Shown here piece after piece: positions 51,704-63,063 of a DNA stretch of 64,000 nt. A program made the translations under genes and the position numbers. Origin of the DNA: an uncultured cyanobacterium (GTDB lineage Bacteria > Cyanobacteriota > Cyanobacteriia > CAKZMO01). The notes under the pieces are model-generated. The model was not told the DNA's origin, ran no database searches, and saw only the letters and a list, made by a program, of their open reading frames with translations. Location of the stretch: contig CAVRCJ010000006.1 in assembly GCA_963719515.1 (NCBI GenBank), positions 416,001 through 480,000 of the forward strand. Direction: 5' to 3'. Each line of letters opens with the position of its first letter. Position 1 is the first letter of the stretch.

Positions 51704-51798
51704 AGGGCTTCGGTCTAAGCAAAAACACCTCTCGCGCTAGAAGAAACGCGGATCACTATTTGCTACCTTAAAGCCTGATACCCACGACTACAATCACT

Positions 51799-52305
51799 AT
51801 GTCTGACGCAAAGACTCAGTCCCAGCAGCTCAATAAGCTGAGGGAGCTCATTAAAGATATTGAAATTGCCATGCTGACTACAGTTGCCGAAGACGGCAGC
51901 CTTCACAGCCGGCCTATGTCGTCAAACGGCCATATCGACGCTGATTTTGGCCTCTGGTTCTTTACCTACGCCGACTCAGTCAAGGTTGACGAGGTTGACC
52001 AAGAGCACCAGGTCAACGTCAGCTTTTCCTGCCCTGAAAAGCAGAAATATGTTTCTGTTTCAGGCAAGGCCTCCCTAGTCACAGATCACGGTAAGATCGA
52101 ATCTCTGTGGAGCCCTGAGCAGCAGGCCTGGTTCCCCAAGGGCCTCGAGGAGCCGGGGCTGGCGCTGCTAAAGGTCGTACCGCATACGGCGGAATATTGG
52201 GACGCACCGTCCAGCCTTGTTGCCCACACCATTGGTCTTGTCAAATCGGTGACTACGGGTGAGCAAGCTAGCCCCGGCGAGAACGAGACAGTCGTCTTCA
52301 ACTGA
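51799..52305 (+). CDS. General stress protein 26 / pyridoxamine 5'-phosphate oxidase-like
   Basis: AMLTT..DGSLHSRPM, LWFFT, YVSVSG, AWFP, AEYWD. Confidence 0.88.
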   Translation: MSDAKTQSQQLNKLRELIKDIEIAMLTTVAEDGSLHSRPMSSNGHIDADFGLWFFTYADSVKVDEVDQEHQVNVSFSCPEKQKYVSVSGKASLVTDHGKIESLWSPEQQAWFPKGLEEPGLALLKVVPHTAEYWDAPSSLVAHTIGLVKSVTTGEQASPGENETVVFN

Positions 52306-52368
52306 TTCCGACCGCTCTTAACTTTGGATGGTGCTGGGCTGCAGTACGCTGGACGCCAGTATCAAGAC

Positions 52369-52403
52369 ATAGGGGGCACAGCATGCTGTGCCCCCTATCT
52401 TTT
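52369..52403. terminator. Palindromic terminator between convergent genes
   Basis: 30-bp perfect palindrome ATAGGGGGCACAGCATGCTGTGCCCCCTAT then CTTTT. Confidence 0.8.
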
Positions 52404-52440
52404 CGCTGTTCTGTACCCAGCTGCGAGGCCTCGATAGACT

Positions 52441-54156
52441 TTAAGGTTGGCTTACCTGCTCATTAAACTGAGAGACGCCAACGGCGGGCAGCAGGGCGGC
52501 TGCCTGTGTCGTTGAGTACTGAGCGATCGCCTGCACCGCTGCGCCGATAAGCCGGGTTGGCTGTAGATCATCTTTCACAAGCTCCCACAGTCGGGCGACT
52601 TCCTCGGTATGGAGACGGTCGTCTTCTACCAGGGCAAGCAGCACCTGCCGCCGCAAGAATTCCCCTTCTTCTGAGAGCAGGTAGGTTGCTCCCATACGGG
52701 CCGTGGGCAGCAGGTCAAAGGTTGAGCTACTGCGGGCGATACTGATTAGATTTTCCAGGCGGTGCCACTGAAATCTATCATCTTTGAACAAAATCTGTAG
52801 CAGTCGCCTGCGGAAGGCCGGAGACTCCTCGCTCAGCAGGCGACGAGCCACGTAGGGATAGGCCACCTCGACAATGCGAAAGTCGGGGTTGAGGCTGAGG
52901 GCTAGCCCCTCTTGGGTTACCAGTGAGCGAATAATTAGGGCAAACTTGGCGGGGACGCGAAAGGGATACTGATACATCAGTTCGGAGAACTGATCGGTAA
53001 TACTCTTGAAGTTAAAGTCGCGTACGCTCTCACCGATGGCGTTGTCAAACACTGCCTCTAGGGCGGGAATGATGGGCTGGATATCAGTGTCGGGCGTTAA
53101 GAAGCCAAGCCTAACAAAGTCACCGGCAAGGTCGGCGTAGTCCTTGTTTATCAAATGAACTACTGCATCTACTAAGGTTTCTTTAGTGTGCTGATCAAGC
53201 TGGTCCATCATGCCAAAGTCGATGTAGGCCATACGACCATCACCCAAGGCAAACAGATTGCCAGGGTGGGGATCAGCGTGGAAGAAGCCGTGCTCTAGCA
53301 GCTGCCGCAGCCCTGAGGTGACGCCGACCTCAATGAGCGTGTCGGTATCGAGCCCAGTCTCTTGAATCCGGGCCGTGTCCGTAAGCTTGAATCCGTCAAT
53401 CCACTCCAGGGTCAGGACGTGGGTGCTGCAGTAGGGCCAATAGATGGCCGGCACCTTCACCTCCGGATCTCCCTCAAAGTTGGCCGCAAATTTTTCGGCG
53501 TTCTGCCCCTCGTGCAGGTAGTCCACCTCTTCAAAGAGTTTGGTGCCAAACTCGTCGACAATTAGCTGTAGGTCAAACCCCAAGTTGAGGGGAAGCCAGG
53601 GGGCAATCCAGCCCGCTGCCCAGCGCAGCAGATAGAGATCGAGGGAGATTTTAGGGGTCAAGTTAGGCCGCTGCACCTTGATCGCCACGGTTTCACCGCT
53701 GTGGAGCATTGCCTTATAGACTTGACCCAGGCTAGCCGCCGCGACTGGGGCCTGAGGAAATTCGCGGTACAGGCTGCTGATAGGCTGACCTAGCTCAGCC
53801 TCGACAATCGCCCGAGCTTTGGGAGTAGGAAAGGGAGGGAGCTGGTCCTGCAGCTTGATCAGCTCTTCGAGGTAGTCCAGTCTCACCAGGTCGGGCCGAG
53901 TTGAGAGCGCTTGCCCGACCTTAATAAAGGTTGGCCCCAGGCGGGTTAAGATACGGCGCAGCTGCGCCGCCCGCAAGAGGCTGGCGGCTGCAGGGCGACG
54001 TAGCCACTTGTCTAGCTTGACGCTGATGAGGAGGCTTAGAAATGGCAAAAGGATAGCTAAAGTTCGCCAGATAGTTTGCCACGGGCGACGGCCATAGTAG
54101 CGGGCGATCGCCCTCGAGTCGTAGAAGGTCAGCTGGTCTAGCGGGTGCTTCCTCAC
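52441..54156 (-). CDS. AarF/ABC1/UbiB family kinase
   Basis: LGPTFIKVGQ, AAASLGQVY, VAIKVQRP, FFHADPHPGN, IDFGMM. Confidence 0.95.
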   Translation of the reverse strand: MRKHPLDQLTFYDSRAIARYYGRRPWQTIWRTLAILLPFLSLLISVKLDKWLRRPAAASLLRAAQLRRILTRLGPTFIKVGQALSTRPDLVRLDYLEELIKLQDQLPPFPTPKARAIVEAELGQPISSLYREFPQAPVAAASLGQVYKAMLHSGETVAIKVQRPNLTPKISLDLYLLRWAAGWIAPWLPLNLGFDLQLIVDEFGTKLFEEVDYLHEGQNAEKFAANFEGDPEVKVPAIYWPYCSTHVLTLEWIDGFKLTDTARIQETGLDTDTLIEVGVTSGLRQLLEHGFFHADPHPGNLFALGDGRMAYIDFGMMDQLDQHTKETLVDAVVHLINKDYADLAGDFVRLGFLTPDTDIQPIIPALEAVFDNAIGESVRDFNFKSITDQFSELMYQYPFRVPAKFALIIRSLVTQEGLALSLNPDFRIVEVAYPYVARRLLSEESPAFRRRLLQILFKDDRFQWHRLENLISIARSSSTFDLLPTARMGATYLLSEEGEFLRRQVLLALVEDDRLHTEEVARLWELVKDDLQPTRLIGAAVQAIAQYSTTQAAALLPAVGVSQFNEQVSQP

Positions 54157-54440
54157 GCGTCAATCCCCTTGATAGTCGGACAGCAAGACACCTAAACTCA
54201 TCTTTCCTAGGCGTATGTCCTTAGGGCATCGGCACCTCAGACGCTGATCTCTAGGGCATTGACCCTAATAAGGGCCGTTCGAATCAGGCCGAGAAGGTTA
54301 GACTTTTGAGAGGTATCTTACAATTAGTATAATAAAGTACAAGTTTTTTTACACCTGTCTTGACGAAAGTTATTGTTTTAGGTTAGGACAGGGCGATCGC
54401 CTCAGCACTAGCGGCGGCAGCGCTATTCCCCCCGGCAGCG

Positions 54441-55823
54441 CTACTTTTCCGGTAGCTCTAGCACCTCCTGATAGAGCTGCACATACTTCTGTGCCGACTT
54501 ATCCCAGCTGAAGTCTACCCCCATGCCCCGCTGCTGCAGCGCTTGCCAATCTGCCTTGTGCCGGTAGCCCTCCCAAGCTCGCACCATGCAGGTGTATAGG
54601 TCCAGCGGCTCATAGCGATCGAAGCTGTAGCCTGTCCCAGCCTTGCCGACCGGATCGTGGTGCTGCACCGTGTCCACCAGGCCGCCCGTCCGCCGCACGA
54701 CCGGAACGCAGCCGTAGCGCAGCGCAATCATCTGGCTGATGCCGCAGGGTTCAAACCGCGAGGGCATCAAGAAGGCGTCAGACCCGGCATAGATGCGGCG
54801 AGACAGACCGTCGTTGTAGAGCAAGTAGGCTGACATCCGCCCTGGAAACTTAGAGGCGATTTGCCACAGCTGGGTTTCGTAGTAGCGATCGCCCGTCCCC
54901 AGCACGATGAACTGGGCATTGGAGTATGCCAAAAACCGCTCAACGGTTTGCAAAATTAGGTCTAGGCCTTTTTGCTCCACGAGGCGCGACACCATACCCA
55001 TGAGAAAGGCCCCCGAGTTCACCTCTAGACCCACCTCTTCTTGGATCGCCACCTTGTTTTTGCGGCGCTGATCGAGGGTGTCGGGGCCGAAGGTAGCGGC
55101 AATCTGCTTGTCGGTTTCGGGGTTAAACGAAGTCAAGTCGATGCCGTTTACGATGCCTACTAGCTTTTCGCTAATAAAGGAGAGGAGACCCTCTAGGGTT
55201 TCGCCATAGGCTGCCGTTTGGATCTGCTGAGCGTAGGTGGGCGATACCGTATTGACCCTATCTGCGAACTGAACCGCAGCGGCCATAGTGTTGTGTCCCT
55301 GCATGTACCAGGGGCACCAAGTCATTTTCTCTAGCTTCCAGCGCCACGGACCTTGATACGCTAGGTTGTGAATGGTAAATACCGTTGAGATGTCGGGCGT
55401 TTGGTGCATCCAGACCGGAATCATGCCGGTGTGCCAGTCGTGGCAATGCATGATTTGAGGCTTCCAGTGGTTCCAGGAAAATTCAGCCGCCCCGTTGGCA
55501 AACAGCGTGAACCGCCAGTCTTCGTTGTCACCCCCGTACACCCGTCGGGGTGCAAAGGCTGGGTGGCCAAAAAGATAGACGGGAACGTCGGAGCTAGGTA
55601 ACGTAGTTTGATAGACGGCAAAAGATTCAAACATCGCTGAGCCGCGCCATACGGGCTCTTTGGGAATGTCGACTTTGTCAGGCAAGAAGCCGTAGTAAGG
55701 CATGAATATGCGGACGTCGTGCCCCATGGCGCGGAGCACTTTTGGAAGTGAGCCTACGACATCCCCCATGCCGCCGATTTTGGCCAGCGGCGCCGCCTCA
55801 GCTGCGACAAATAAAATGCGCAT
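54441..55823 (-). CDS. glgA: Glycogen synthase
   Basis: [32 protein letters not shown]. Confidence 0.96.
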   Translation of the reverse strand: MRILFVAAEAAPLAKIGGMGDVVGSLPKVLRAMGHDVRIFMPYYGFLPDKVDIPKEPVWRGSAMFESFAVYQTTLPSSDVPVYLFGHPAFAPRRVYGGDNEDWRFTLFANGAAEFSWNHWKPQIMHCHDWHTGMIPVWMHQTPDISTVFTIHNLAYQGPWRWKLEKMTWCPWYMQGHNTMAAAVQFADRVNTVSPTYAQQIQTAAYGETLEGLLSFISEKLVGIVNGIDLTSFNPETDKQIAATFGPDTLDQRRKNKVAIQEEVGLEVNSGAFLMGMVSRLVEQKGLDLILQTVERFLAYSNAQFIVLGTGDRYYETQLWQIASKFPGRMSAYLLYNDGLSRRIYAGSDAFLMPSRFEPCGISQMIALRYGCVPVVRRTGGLVDTVQHHDPVGKAGTGYSFDRYEPLDLYTCMVRAWEGYRHKADWQALQQRGMGVDFSWDKSAQKYVQLYQEVLELPEK

Positions 55824-56061
55824 TCTCTCTTGCCTATCCCCCAGTTAGAATTTCTCTAAGACAAGTCTAATGGCCTCTGGTCACCGTGCATAGTAGCTGA
55901 TTGGAAGCAGGCTCGTCGCGCATACGTCAGCCAAGTGGGAGAGGCAAACTCTCTCAACTGTCAGTTAAATTGAGTTACCCAGTTTCCCGGTGCCGATCTG
56001 CTTTGATGCCCTCTTGCTGCACACTGGGCTTACACTTCAGTCGTTTGGAGAGTTTTAAACT

Positions 56062-56400
56062 ATGCTCAAGCGGATTGAGGAGGCTTACCCCGACTATCAG
56101 CAGCGCTTTTTCGATGGCCGCGATGTCGTAGGCTTCAAAGTCGTCACAAACGGCGATCTCGTCACCATCGGCACTGTCGACACCGTTTTGGTCGACGGTG
56201 AGGGACAGCTGAAGGCGCTTGTACTTAACCTGGGTCTGCTATCAACGACTCAGCGCCTGCTGTCGATGAAGCACTCCCGTATCGATCTCGATTCGCAGTG
56301 CATCACCACAGCCTACATTCAGCAGCAGGAGCAGGTGGACAGCTTGCCTGTTTTCGATGCAGATGATCTGGCCGCTGTGGACCAGGCTGATTTGGCCTAA
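56062..56400 (+). CDS. PRC-barrel domain protein
   Basis: EAYPDY, GFKV...IGTVDTVLVDGEG, QVDSLPVF. Confidence 0.7.
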   Translation: MLKRIEEAYPDYQQRFFDGRDVVGFKVVTNGDLVTIGTVDTVLVDGEGQLKALVLNLGLLSTTQRLLSMKHSRIDLDSQCITTAYIQQQEQVDSLPVFDADDLAAVDQADLA

Positions 56401-56468
56401 GCTACTTAGTTCAGGCCGATCTGACATAAGCCCCACTGACCTTAACTATTGAGCCGCGAGCTACCACC

Positions 56469-57431
56469 ATGATTCAAACGGCCTACCTTATTTTTAATCC
56501 CGTCGCGGGCCAGGGCAACCCTGAGGCAGATTTAGCGCTCATTCGCTCCACCCTAGAGCCCAAAATCGACCTGGATATTCACGAGACGACCAAAGAGATC
56601 GGTGCCGATAAGCTCGCTAATCAAGCGCTAGAGGCCGGTGTAGAGGCGATTTTCGTATCCGGCGGTGACGGCACCATCTCCTCAGCGGCCAATGCACTGA
56701 TCGGCACCAGCATACCTCTAGGCATCATTTCTCGGGGAACGGCGAATGCCTTTGCCAATGCGCTAGGCCTACCGGATGGCATTGAGCAGGCCTGTCAAAC
56801 AATTTTGCAGGGCAAGACAAAGCAGATTGACGTTGCCACTTGTAACGACAAACCGATGGTGCTGCTAGCGGGCATCGGGTTTGAGGCGGAGGCCATCGAA
56901 AAGGCCGATCGCACCCTTAAGAATCGCCTGGGCCGTCTGGCCTACGTATTTTCCAGCTTTCGCGAGCTGAGAAACATCGAGAAATTTGAAGCGACGATTG
57001 AAACAGACGACAAGACTATCGAGCTAGACGCCACCGCAATCACTATCGCCAATGCGGCTCCTCCCACCTCAATTTTGGCTCAAGGTCCTGCTGGCGTTTT
57101 GGTCGACGACGGCTACCTCGACCTAACGGTAATGACCACTGAGGGATTCACAAACGCCCTGTCCGCAGGGTTTAGGCTGCTGCGCTCCGCTATGAACAAC
57201 GACGCGGTAGACGACCGCGATGACATTGGCTTTCTGCGATCGCGCCACATCAAGGTCAAAGCCGAGCCCCCCCAAAAGGTCGTCTTGGATGGTGAAATCA
57301 TCGGCTACACCCCCATTGACATCGAATGTGTCCCCCTAGGGCTAACGATCTTTGTGCCAGGTGAGCAGGCGCCGCAGCCCAGCGAAGGGATTGAGCAGAT
57401 GCCCAACGCGACGGTGACGGAGAAGACTTAA
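56469..57431 (+). CDS. YegS/DAGK family lipid kinase
   Basis: IFNPVAG, SGGDGT, RGTANAFA, LDGE. Confidence 0.92.
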   Translation: MIQTAYLIFNPVAGQGNPEADLALIRSTLEPKIDLDIHETTKEIGADKLANQALEAGVEAIFVSGGDGTISSAANALIGTSIPLGIISRGTANAFANALGLPDGIEQACQTILQGKTKQIDVATCNDKPMVLLAGIGFEAEAIEKADRTLKNRLGRLAYVFSSFRELRNIEKFEATIETDDKTIELDATAITIANAAPPTSILAQGPAGVLVDDGYLDLTVMTTEGFTNALSAGFRLLRSAMNNDAVDDRDDIGFLRSRHIKVKAEPPQKVVLDGEIIGYTPIDIECVPLGLTIFVPGEQAPQPSEGIEQMPNATVTEKT

Positions 57432-57553
57432 GGCTTCGGCTTGACATCGCGTAGGCTGGCATCGCGTAGACCCCCAAGCGCTACAGCCAGTACATAGCGC
57501 TGCACAGACCCCAAGACGCGCTACTCTAGGCTTGACGCTACTCAATTTTCTGT

Positions 57554-58198
57554 ATGCTAACCGTTGCTCTTCCCAAAGGGGCGCTCCTCAAAGATAGCGT
57601 TGCGCTATTTAAGCAGGTTGGTCTCGATTTCGAGATCTTGCTCGATAAGGCCAACCGCCAGCTTGAGGTGTGGGATCCCACCCACAGCGCGAGGGCGCTG
57701 CTGGTGCGCAACTCTGACGTTCCGGTCTATGTAGAGTATGGACAGGCCCAGCTTGGCGTTGTAGGCTACGACGTGCTGCGGGAAAAGCAGTCTGCGGTGG
57801 CCCACCTTGTAGACCTTAGGTTCGGCTACTGCCGCATGTGCGTCGCGGTGAAGCAAGATAGTTCCTACCGCCGCACTCTTGACCTCCCTCCCCACTGCCG
57901 TATCGCGTCCAAGTTTGTCTCCTGCGCCCGCGAGTATTTCGACCAGCTGGATATGTCAGTGGAGGTCGTCCCGCTCCACGGCTCTGTTGAGCTAGGTCCC
58001 ATTACCGGTATGTCAGAGGCGATCGTCGATCTCGTAGCGACGGGAACAACCTTGAGAGAGAATAACCTAATCGAGATTGAACAGCTGTTCGAGAGCACGG
58101 CGCGGCTGATTGCTAATCCGGTGAGCTACCGTCTGGACCAGGCCGGCATGCACAGTCATATCGACCACATTCGCCAGCAGGTCCTTGCGGCGGCGTGA
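57554..58198 (+). CDS. hisG: ATP phosphoribosyltransferase (short form)
   Basis: [38 protein letters not shown]. Confidence 0.96.
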   Translation: MLTVALPKGALLKDSVALFKQVGLDFEILLDKANRQLEVWDPTHSARALLVRNSDVPVYVEYGQAQLGVVGYDVLREKQSAVAHLVDLRFGYCRMCVAVKQDSSYRRTLDLPPHCRIASKFVSCAREYFDQLDMSVEVVPLHGSVELGPITGMSEAIVDLVATGTTLRENNLIEIEQLFESTARLIANPVSYRLDQAGMHSHIDHIRQQVLAAA

Positions 58199-58409
58199 TT
58201 TCTTAACCTTGCGCCTGCCTTTGACGCACACCCTACAGCCAAAATTCGCGGTTGGAGAGTTCAATAGGGGCAACAGTTCTGCCTATACTAAGTCAAGTTG
58301 CCTTAGCTGTGATTTATGATTGCTAGGCGATCGCTCTTTAAAGCGATACCCCAGCCGATACTTCAGCTCGTTTTTCCCAATCCGGTTAGCACCGTAACTT
58401 AGACCAGCA

Positions 58410-58661
58410 ATGCCAAGAAAACCCAGCGAATACGCCGTTCACCTGTTTATGGAAGGGGGGCACCGAGAAGAGGTGCGCTTCAATGAGATTCAGGACTTTC
58501 AAAAGTGGTACAGCACTGAGTTTGTCAGCAAGTCAAACTCAGACGACTTTATCAGCGTTCCTTTGAAGACAATTCAGGGAGAGCATATGGTGGTGCGGCC
58601 TTCCCGAGTCGTTGCGATTCGCATTGAGCCTATCTTTTCCTCTAGCGTCGAACGGTTTTAG
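58410..58661 (+). CDS. Conserved small cyanobacterial hypothetical protein
   Basis: YAVHLFMEGGHREEVRF..FQKWY...IEPIFSSSVER; clean 83-aa ORF. Confidence 0.7.
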   Translation: MPRKPSEYAVHLFMEGGHREEVRFNEIQDFQKWYSTEFVSKSNSDDFISVPLKTIQGEHMVVRPSRVVAIRIEPIFSSSVERF

Positions 58662-58688
58662 CCTTGGCCACGATGAGGCCCACTGCGC

Positions 58689-59684
58689 TTACGTCAAAGC
58701 GATGACCTCGCGGGCGATCGCCGACCGTCTTGCTGCGTCTGCCACCCGCAGCGCATAGAGGCTTTGGGCGGCTGTAACGTAGAGCTGGCTTTGATTAGGG
58801 TTGAGAACCGCATCTAGCACCAAAGCCGTATCTCGAGCGAACAGGCCGCGGCGGCTGCCCACGGTCAAGGGTCGCCTTTCCGCTTCCAAAAGCAGCTCAC
58901 CCGCTTCTCGGTCAACCCGCAGCCGCCCCTTTTCACCCTGCACGTCTAACCGCCGCTGGCTATCCCAGATGGCCTGCCCCTTGCCGTAAACGACATCCGC
59001 CAAAAGCCCGCTGGCAAACCGCAGCTGGGCGCTACAGAGCACCGCGCCGAATCTGTCTTGGGTCTCTGGCGGCAAAGGGCTACCGCTGGGCGACCAGATT
59101 TGACTGCTGCAGGTGACCGTCGCGACCTGACCAAATAGGTCGACCAGCCGGTGGATACGAGACAACGCACCGACTAGCGGAAACCCTAGCAGCTCAGACG
59201 AATAGCTCCAGCGCTGCGGGGCGGGGCGCTGCGGGGCCATGCTGACATAGCGGGCGTAGAATGGCGCTCCAATTTCCGGCAGCGCCTCTCGAAGGGTGTG
59301 ATGGATGCCGCTGAGCAGCTCTATGTGCTCTACGTGCAGCAGCGTGCCCTGACGCTGGGCTGCCTCGACAATAGCGATCGCTTCCTGGAGATCGATGGCG
59401 AGCGGGTACTCAACAACGGTTGCCTTGCCGCAATCTACCGCCGCCCTAGCAACCGGACCGTGGTCGCGATTGACGGTAGCTACCACAACCAGGTCAATGT
59501 CCTGGCGCTGCACCAGCTCAGGCCAAGGCAGTACCTCTGCGCCGTAAGACTGGGCGAACGTCGCTGTGCGCTCCGGAGAACCTCCAGCTACAGCAGTCAG
59601 CTGCGCTCTCGAGTCTGACAAAACAGCCTCCGCCCGCTGGCGAGCGGCGTATCCGGTTCCAACTAACCCAACGCGGATTGTCAA
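58689..59684 (-). CDS. bvdR: Gfo/Idh/MocA oxidoreductase, biliverdin reductase-like
   Basis: VGLVGTGYAA, VVEYPL, LLHVEHIELL, GFPLVGALSRIHR. Confidence 0.78.
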   Translation of the reverse strand: MTIRVGLVGTGYAARQRAEAVLSDSRAQLTAVAGGSPERTATFAQSYGAEVLPWPELVQRQDIDLVVVATVNRDHGPVARAAVDCGKATVVEYPLAIDLQEAIAIVEAAQRQGTLLHVEHIELLSGIHHTLREALPEIGAPFYARYVSMAPQRPAPQRWSYSSELLGFPLVGALSRIHRLVDLFGQVATVTCSSQIWSPSGSPLPPETQDRFGAVLCSAQLRFASGLLADVVYGKGQAIWDSQRRLDVQGEKGRLRVDREAGELLLEAERRPLTVGSRRGLFARDTALVLDAVLNPNQSQLYVTAAQSLYALRVADAARRSAIAREVIALT

Positions 59685-59689
59685 TCGCT

Positions 59690-61876
59690 CTATTGCCCAG
59701 AAAGCATGGCTACAGGGTTGATAGCACCTTGGTCGGGTAGGTGAAGCTCGAAATGCACGTGGGGGCCAGTGCTGTAGCCTGTGCTGCCCATCTCGGCAAT
59801 CTGTTCACCCTGACGCACCTTTTGACCTACGCGCACCAAGTTGCGGCTGTTGTGGGCGTACCGAGTTTTGTTGCCGTCGGGGTGGCGAATATCAACCATG
59901 TTGCCATAGCCCCCCGAGTTCCAGCCGGAGAACTCAATCACGCCAGGCGCAGCGGCAACAATAGGTGTTCCCACAGGGGCAGCAACGTCAATTCCTTTAT
60001 GCATGCGGCCCCAGCGCCAGCCATATCCTGAGGTCAGAAGACCTTGGGCAGGCCACAGGTAGCCGTTGAACGGCATTGAGGCATCTGGAAGATGATTTTC
60101 TGGGTCAGAGAGCGGCGGCAGCTCCGGAGAGACCATCCGTCCCGTTACGGGCTCGGCTAGAGGCGCGTAGTTGGCTGAACCTAGAGGCGCAGCGGCGACT
60201 AAAGCCTCTGGCTCCACGGCCTCTGGCTCGTTCGCAGCCTCTGGCTGGCTCACAGCCTCCGACGTTGACGTCTGAACGGCGGTGCGGGTGGAAGGAGCGC
60301 TGCCAAGCTGGCGGGAGGCCACAAATTCTGGGTTAACGCTGTCGTTAACCTGGTCCGACACCGTTGAGTCTAATGCCGTTGAGGTGGGCTCATTCAGCGT
60401 TGCCGGAGCGTCTTGCGCTGCTAAAGCCCTGGGAGCCTCGTCAGAAGTCGCCTCAATCTCACCGTCCTCTGCGATTTCCTCAATGTCGCTGATCAGGTCT
60501 TCAGCATAGGGATTAGAGGCTGCGATCGCGGCTTCTCTTTCAGCTGAAGCGCTATTCACAGGCTCATCGACGGAGGGCGCTAGACTTTCGGCGGCGCTGA
60601 TCGCTGTAGCTTGATCCGAACTAGGAGTCGGCTGCTCTAGGAGGGCCTCAGGCTGAACGGCTGGTTCAGCAGAGTTACGCACAGCGGCGGGAAACCGAGA
60701 CGCCTCGGCGGTCGGGATGGAGACCGGTCGCGCTGCCGCTAGCTGAACGGGCTCGTCGGGAATCTGGGGCAAAGACGCTGCTGCAGGCTGCGGCGCTGCC
60801 GGAACCTTTAGCGTTTGTCCAACAAAAATTCGGTTGGGGTCGCGCAGGCCATTGAGCTCAATCAGCTCTCGGGTCGAGAGGCCGTAGGTTTGAGCGATAG
60901 AAGAAACCGTCTCGCCAAGACCAATGGTGTGAGTTGACGCCCCTATAGCGCCGATGCCATGCGCCGTTGGCAGCGCAGAGACGACAGACGCATCAGCAAT
61001 CAGCTGCTCGCGCTGCCCTTCTGCCTGCAGCGCTTCCGTCTCGACAGCCCCCGGAACGACCAAAGAGGGCGCATTTGACTGCCCAACGTCTACTTTGTCC
61101 TTCTGGGCAGTTAAGGCTTTACTGATCTCAGGCGAGGCAAGCAGGGCTTCTTCCTTCTGAAAGTCGCGTAAGGCGGCAGCGGCCTCAACGGAAGCCCCTA
61201 CGGCAGTGGCGGCCTGTTGAACTTGGATCTGGGCCAAATTACGGGAAGCTTTAGCGGTGGAGCGGGGCTCAGCGACGGCCCGAGGCGTCTGCTTCGAAAT
61301 CTGGCGTCTGTGCGCTGTCGTCAAAATTTCAATGGTTTGTCCCACGCGCAGGCTATCGGCGTCAACACCGTTGTTGCGCGCAATATCTCCTGGGGACACT
61401 TGGTATAGCTGTGCCAGATTCCAAAGTGTCTCGCCCTCGCGGACGACGTGCTTAACTGCGATCGCACGAGCGCTTGAGGCCGGCATGGGCACAGCTGCCG
61501 CAGAGGGTCTGCTCGGAGCGGCGACTTCGGTAGCGACCGGCCGGTCAGCCGCTGTCTCGACGACCATCGTCTCAGAAGCAATCGCTTCGGTAACCGCTTC
61601 CTCTGCGGTAGCCGCTGCCTCCACGTCAAGATCGCTTTGCCGCGTCAGGGATGGTGCAATCGCACCCACAACTTTGGCCTTATCCCCCGCTGCAGATGCT
61701 GGCTGATGCGGGACAAGTGCAGCCGATGCTCCCACAGAAAATGCTAACCCTAGCACCGTCATCGCTGATGCTCTAGCTTTAGCGGGCATAGACCCGCTGC
61801 GCTTGGACGAATGTGCCATGGCAGACTCTGGTAATTCCATAGGAAACTCTTCCTCTTGCCGAAATACGCGTTTCAA
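59690..61876 (-). CDS. LysM / peptidase M23 (NlpD-like) protein
   Basis: Two LysM domains; GRMHKGID, YAHNS, STGPHVHFE; TTG start after AGGAGGT. Confidence 0.92.
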   Translation of the reverse strand: MKRVFRQEEEFPMELPESAMAHSSKRSGSMPAKARASAMTVLGLAFSVGASAALVPHQPASAAGDKAKVVGAIAPSLTRQSDLDVEAAATAEEAVTEAIASETMVVETAADRPVATEVAAPSRPSAAAVPMPASSARAIAVKHVVREGETLWNLAQLYQVSPGDIARNNGVDADSLRVGQTIEILTTAHRRQISKQTPRAVAEPRSTAKASRNLAQIQVQQAATAVGASVEAAAALRDFQKEEALLASPEISKALTAQKDKVDVGQSNAPSLVVPGAVETEALQAEGQREQLIADASVVSALPTAHGIGAIGASTHTIGLGETVSSIAQTYGLSTRELIELNGLRDPNRIFVGQTLKVPAAPQPAAASLPQIPDEPVQLAAARPVSIPTAEASRFPAAVRNSAEPAVQPEALLEQPTPSSDQATAISAAESLAPSVDEPVNSASAEREAAIAASNPYAEDLISDIEEIAEDGEIEATSDEAPRALAAQDAPATLNEPTSTALDSTVSDQVNDSVNPEFVASRQLGSAPSTRTAVQTSTSEAVSQPEAANEPEAVEPEALVAAAPLGSANYAPLAEPVTGRMVSPELPPLSDPENHLPDASMPFNGYLWPAQGLLTSGYGWRWGRMHKGIDVAAPVGTPIVAAAPGVIEFSGWNSGGYGNMVDIRHPDGNKTRYAHNSRNLVRVGQKVRQGEQIAEMGSTGYSTGPHVHFELHLPDQGAINPVAMLSGQ

Positions 61877-62545
61877 ACAGCGACCTCCTAGTGTAACCAT
61901 CGCCTGATTTCCGGGAGCGATTACGCTCCTATATGTCAGTCAATGATATGGATCACATAGACCAAGACATAACGTCACCGACGGGTCTAGTTATCGTAGG
62001 TTAGATTACCTTGCTTTACCAAAATACACAAGATAGTTCCCTCGCCTCAGCAGTCTGAACGATTAGATTTTGAAATCGAGCCTTTTGAGGTCCGAGTAGA
62101 CCGTTTTTGGTGCTGTCTAAGGGACCTAACCTGGTCGGCCAAAGCCTTATATAAGGGGAATCTAACGCCCAGAGACTACTAAGCAGCACTGGGGTGCTTA
62201 GCCCAGCAAACAGTCTAGCTTAGATCGCCTGAAATGTAATCCGAGGCGAATTGTGCATAAAAGTGAGCCATCCGTTCTAATAGCAAGACTTATACAGGGC
62301 AAGTACCGTTAGATGGAGAAGTGCCGCTGCGCCAAATTTCACCCGAAATTCACCTATATCAAGGAACATCCCAATTAGCGGGAAGCGCAGGCGTTTGATA
62401 TTAGCGTTGATATCAGCGCTGCTTCTGCAGCAGTTACAGGCGCTTTGTAAAGATCCGCATAGGGATTTCTTATGAGAGAGTCAAGATAAACTAGACGCGC
62501 AAAAAATTCTCGTTCCCCGCCTCGGGCAAGGTTTTCTGACCCCGC

Positions 62546-63010
62546 TCACGGTTCCAAGTAGCCGAGCTGCCGCCGGGCTTCGAACAGCCCTAAGGCGGCG
62601 CTAACGGAAAGATTAAGACTGCGAACGTGTGACTGCGACATCGGGATGTGGACCGTTTCGTCGCAGGCCTCCAGTACGGCGGCGGGGAGCCCTTGGGTCT
62701 CGCAGCCAAACAAAAGCCAGTCGTCAGGGTGAAACTGAAACGTGCTGTAGTTCAGGGCTCCGGAGGTGCTGAATCCTACCCAGCGTCCTGGCTCGGTCTG
62801 TCTAATCGCTGAAAACTCGTCCAAAGAATCGTGGCAGTGCAAATCGACGTGGGGCCAATAGTCTAAACCCGCCCTCTTGAGATAGCGATCGCTCAGCTCA
62901 AAGCCCAGGGGACCGACTAGGTGAAGCGCTGTCTCCGTCGCCGCACAGGTGCGGGCAATGTTGCCGGTGTTGGGCGGAATCTCTGGATGGACTAGTACCA
63001 CACAAGGCAT
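62546..63010 (-). CDS. trmL: tRNA (cytidine(34)-2'-O)-methyltransferase
   Basis: PEIPPNTGNIARTC, KRAGLDYW, FGCETQGLP, RSLNLS. Confidence 0.93.
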   Translation of the reverse strand: MPCVVLVHPEIPPNTGNIARTCAATETALHLVGPLGFELSDRYLKRAGLDYWPHVDLHCHDSLDEFSAIRQTEPGRWVGFSTSGALNYSTFQFHPDDWLLFGCETQGLPAAVLEACDETVHIPMSQSHVRSLNLSVSAALGLFEARRQLGYLEP

Positions 63011-63063
63011 AACTGATTATCCTGATCATCAAAGCAGCAGGCACGTTACCCGGATTGCCTGCA

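Noticed and set aside
54327..54340. NtcA-like GTA-N8-TAC upstream of the ABC1 kinase
   Set aside because: The motif is short and the nearest TAnnnT is about 26 nt away rather than the usual 22-23; cannot be supported.
61877..62545. Long intergenic region as an sRNA or riboswitch
   Set aside because: No recognisable structure or family motif; consistent with an extended promoter/leader of the M23 gene.
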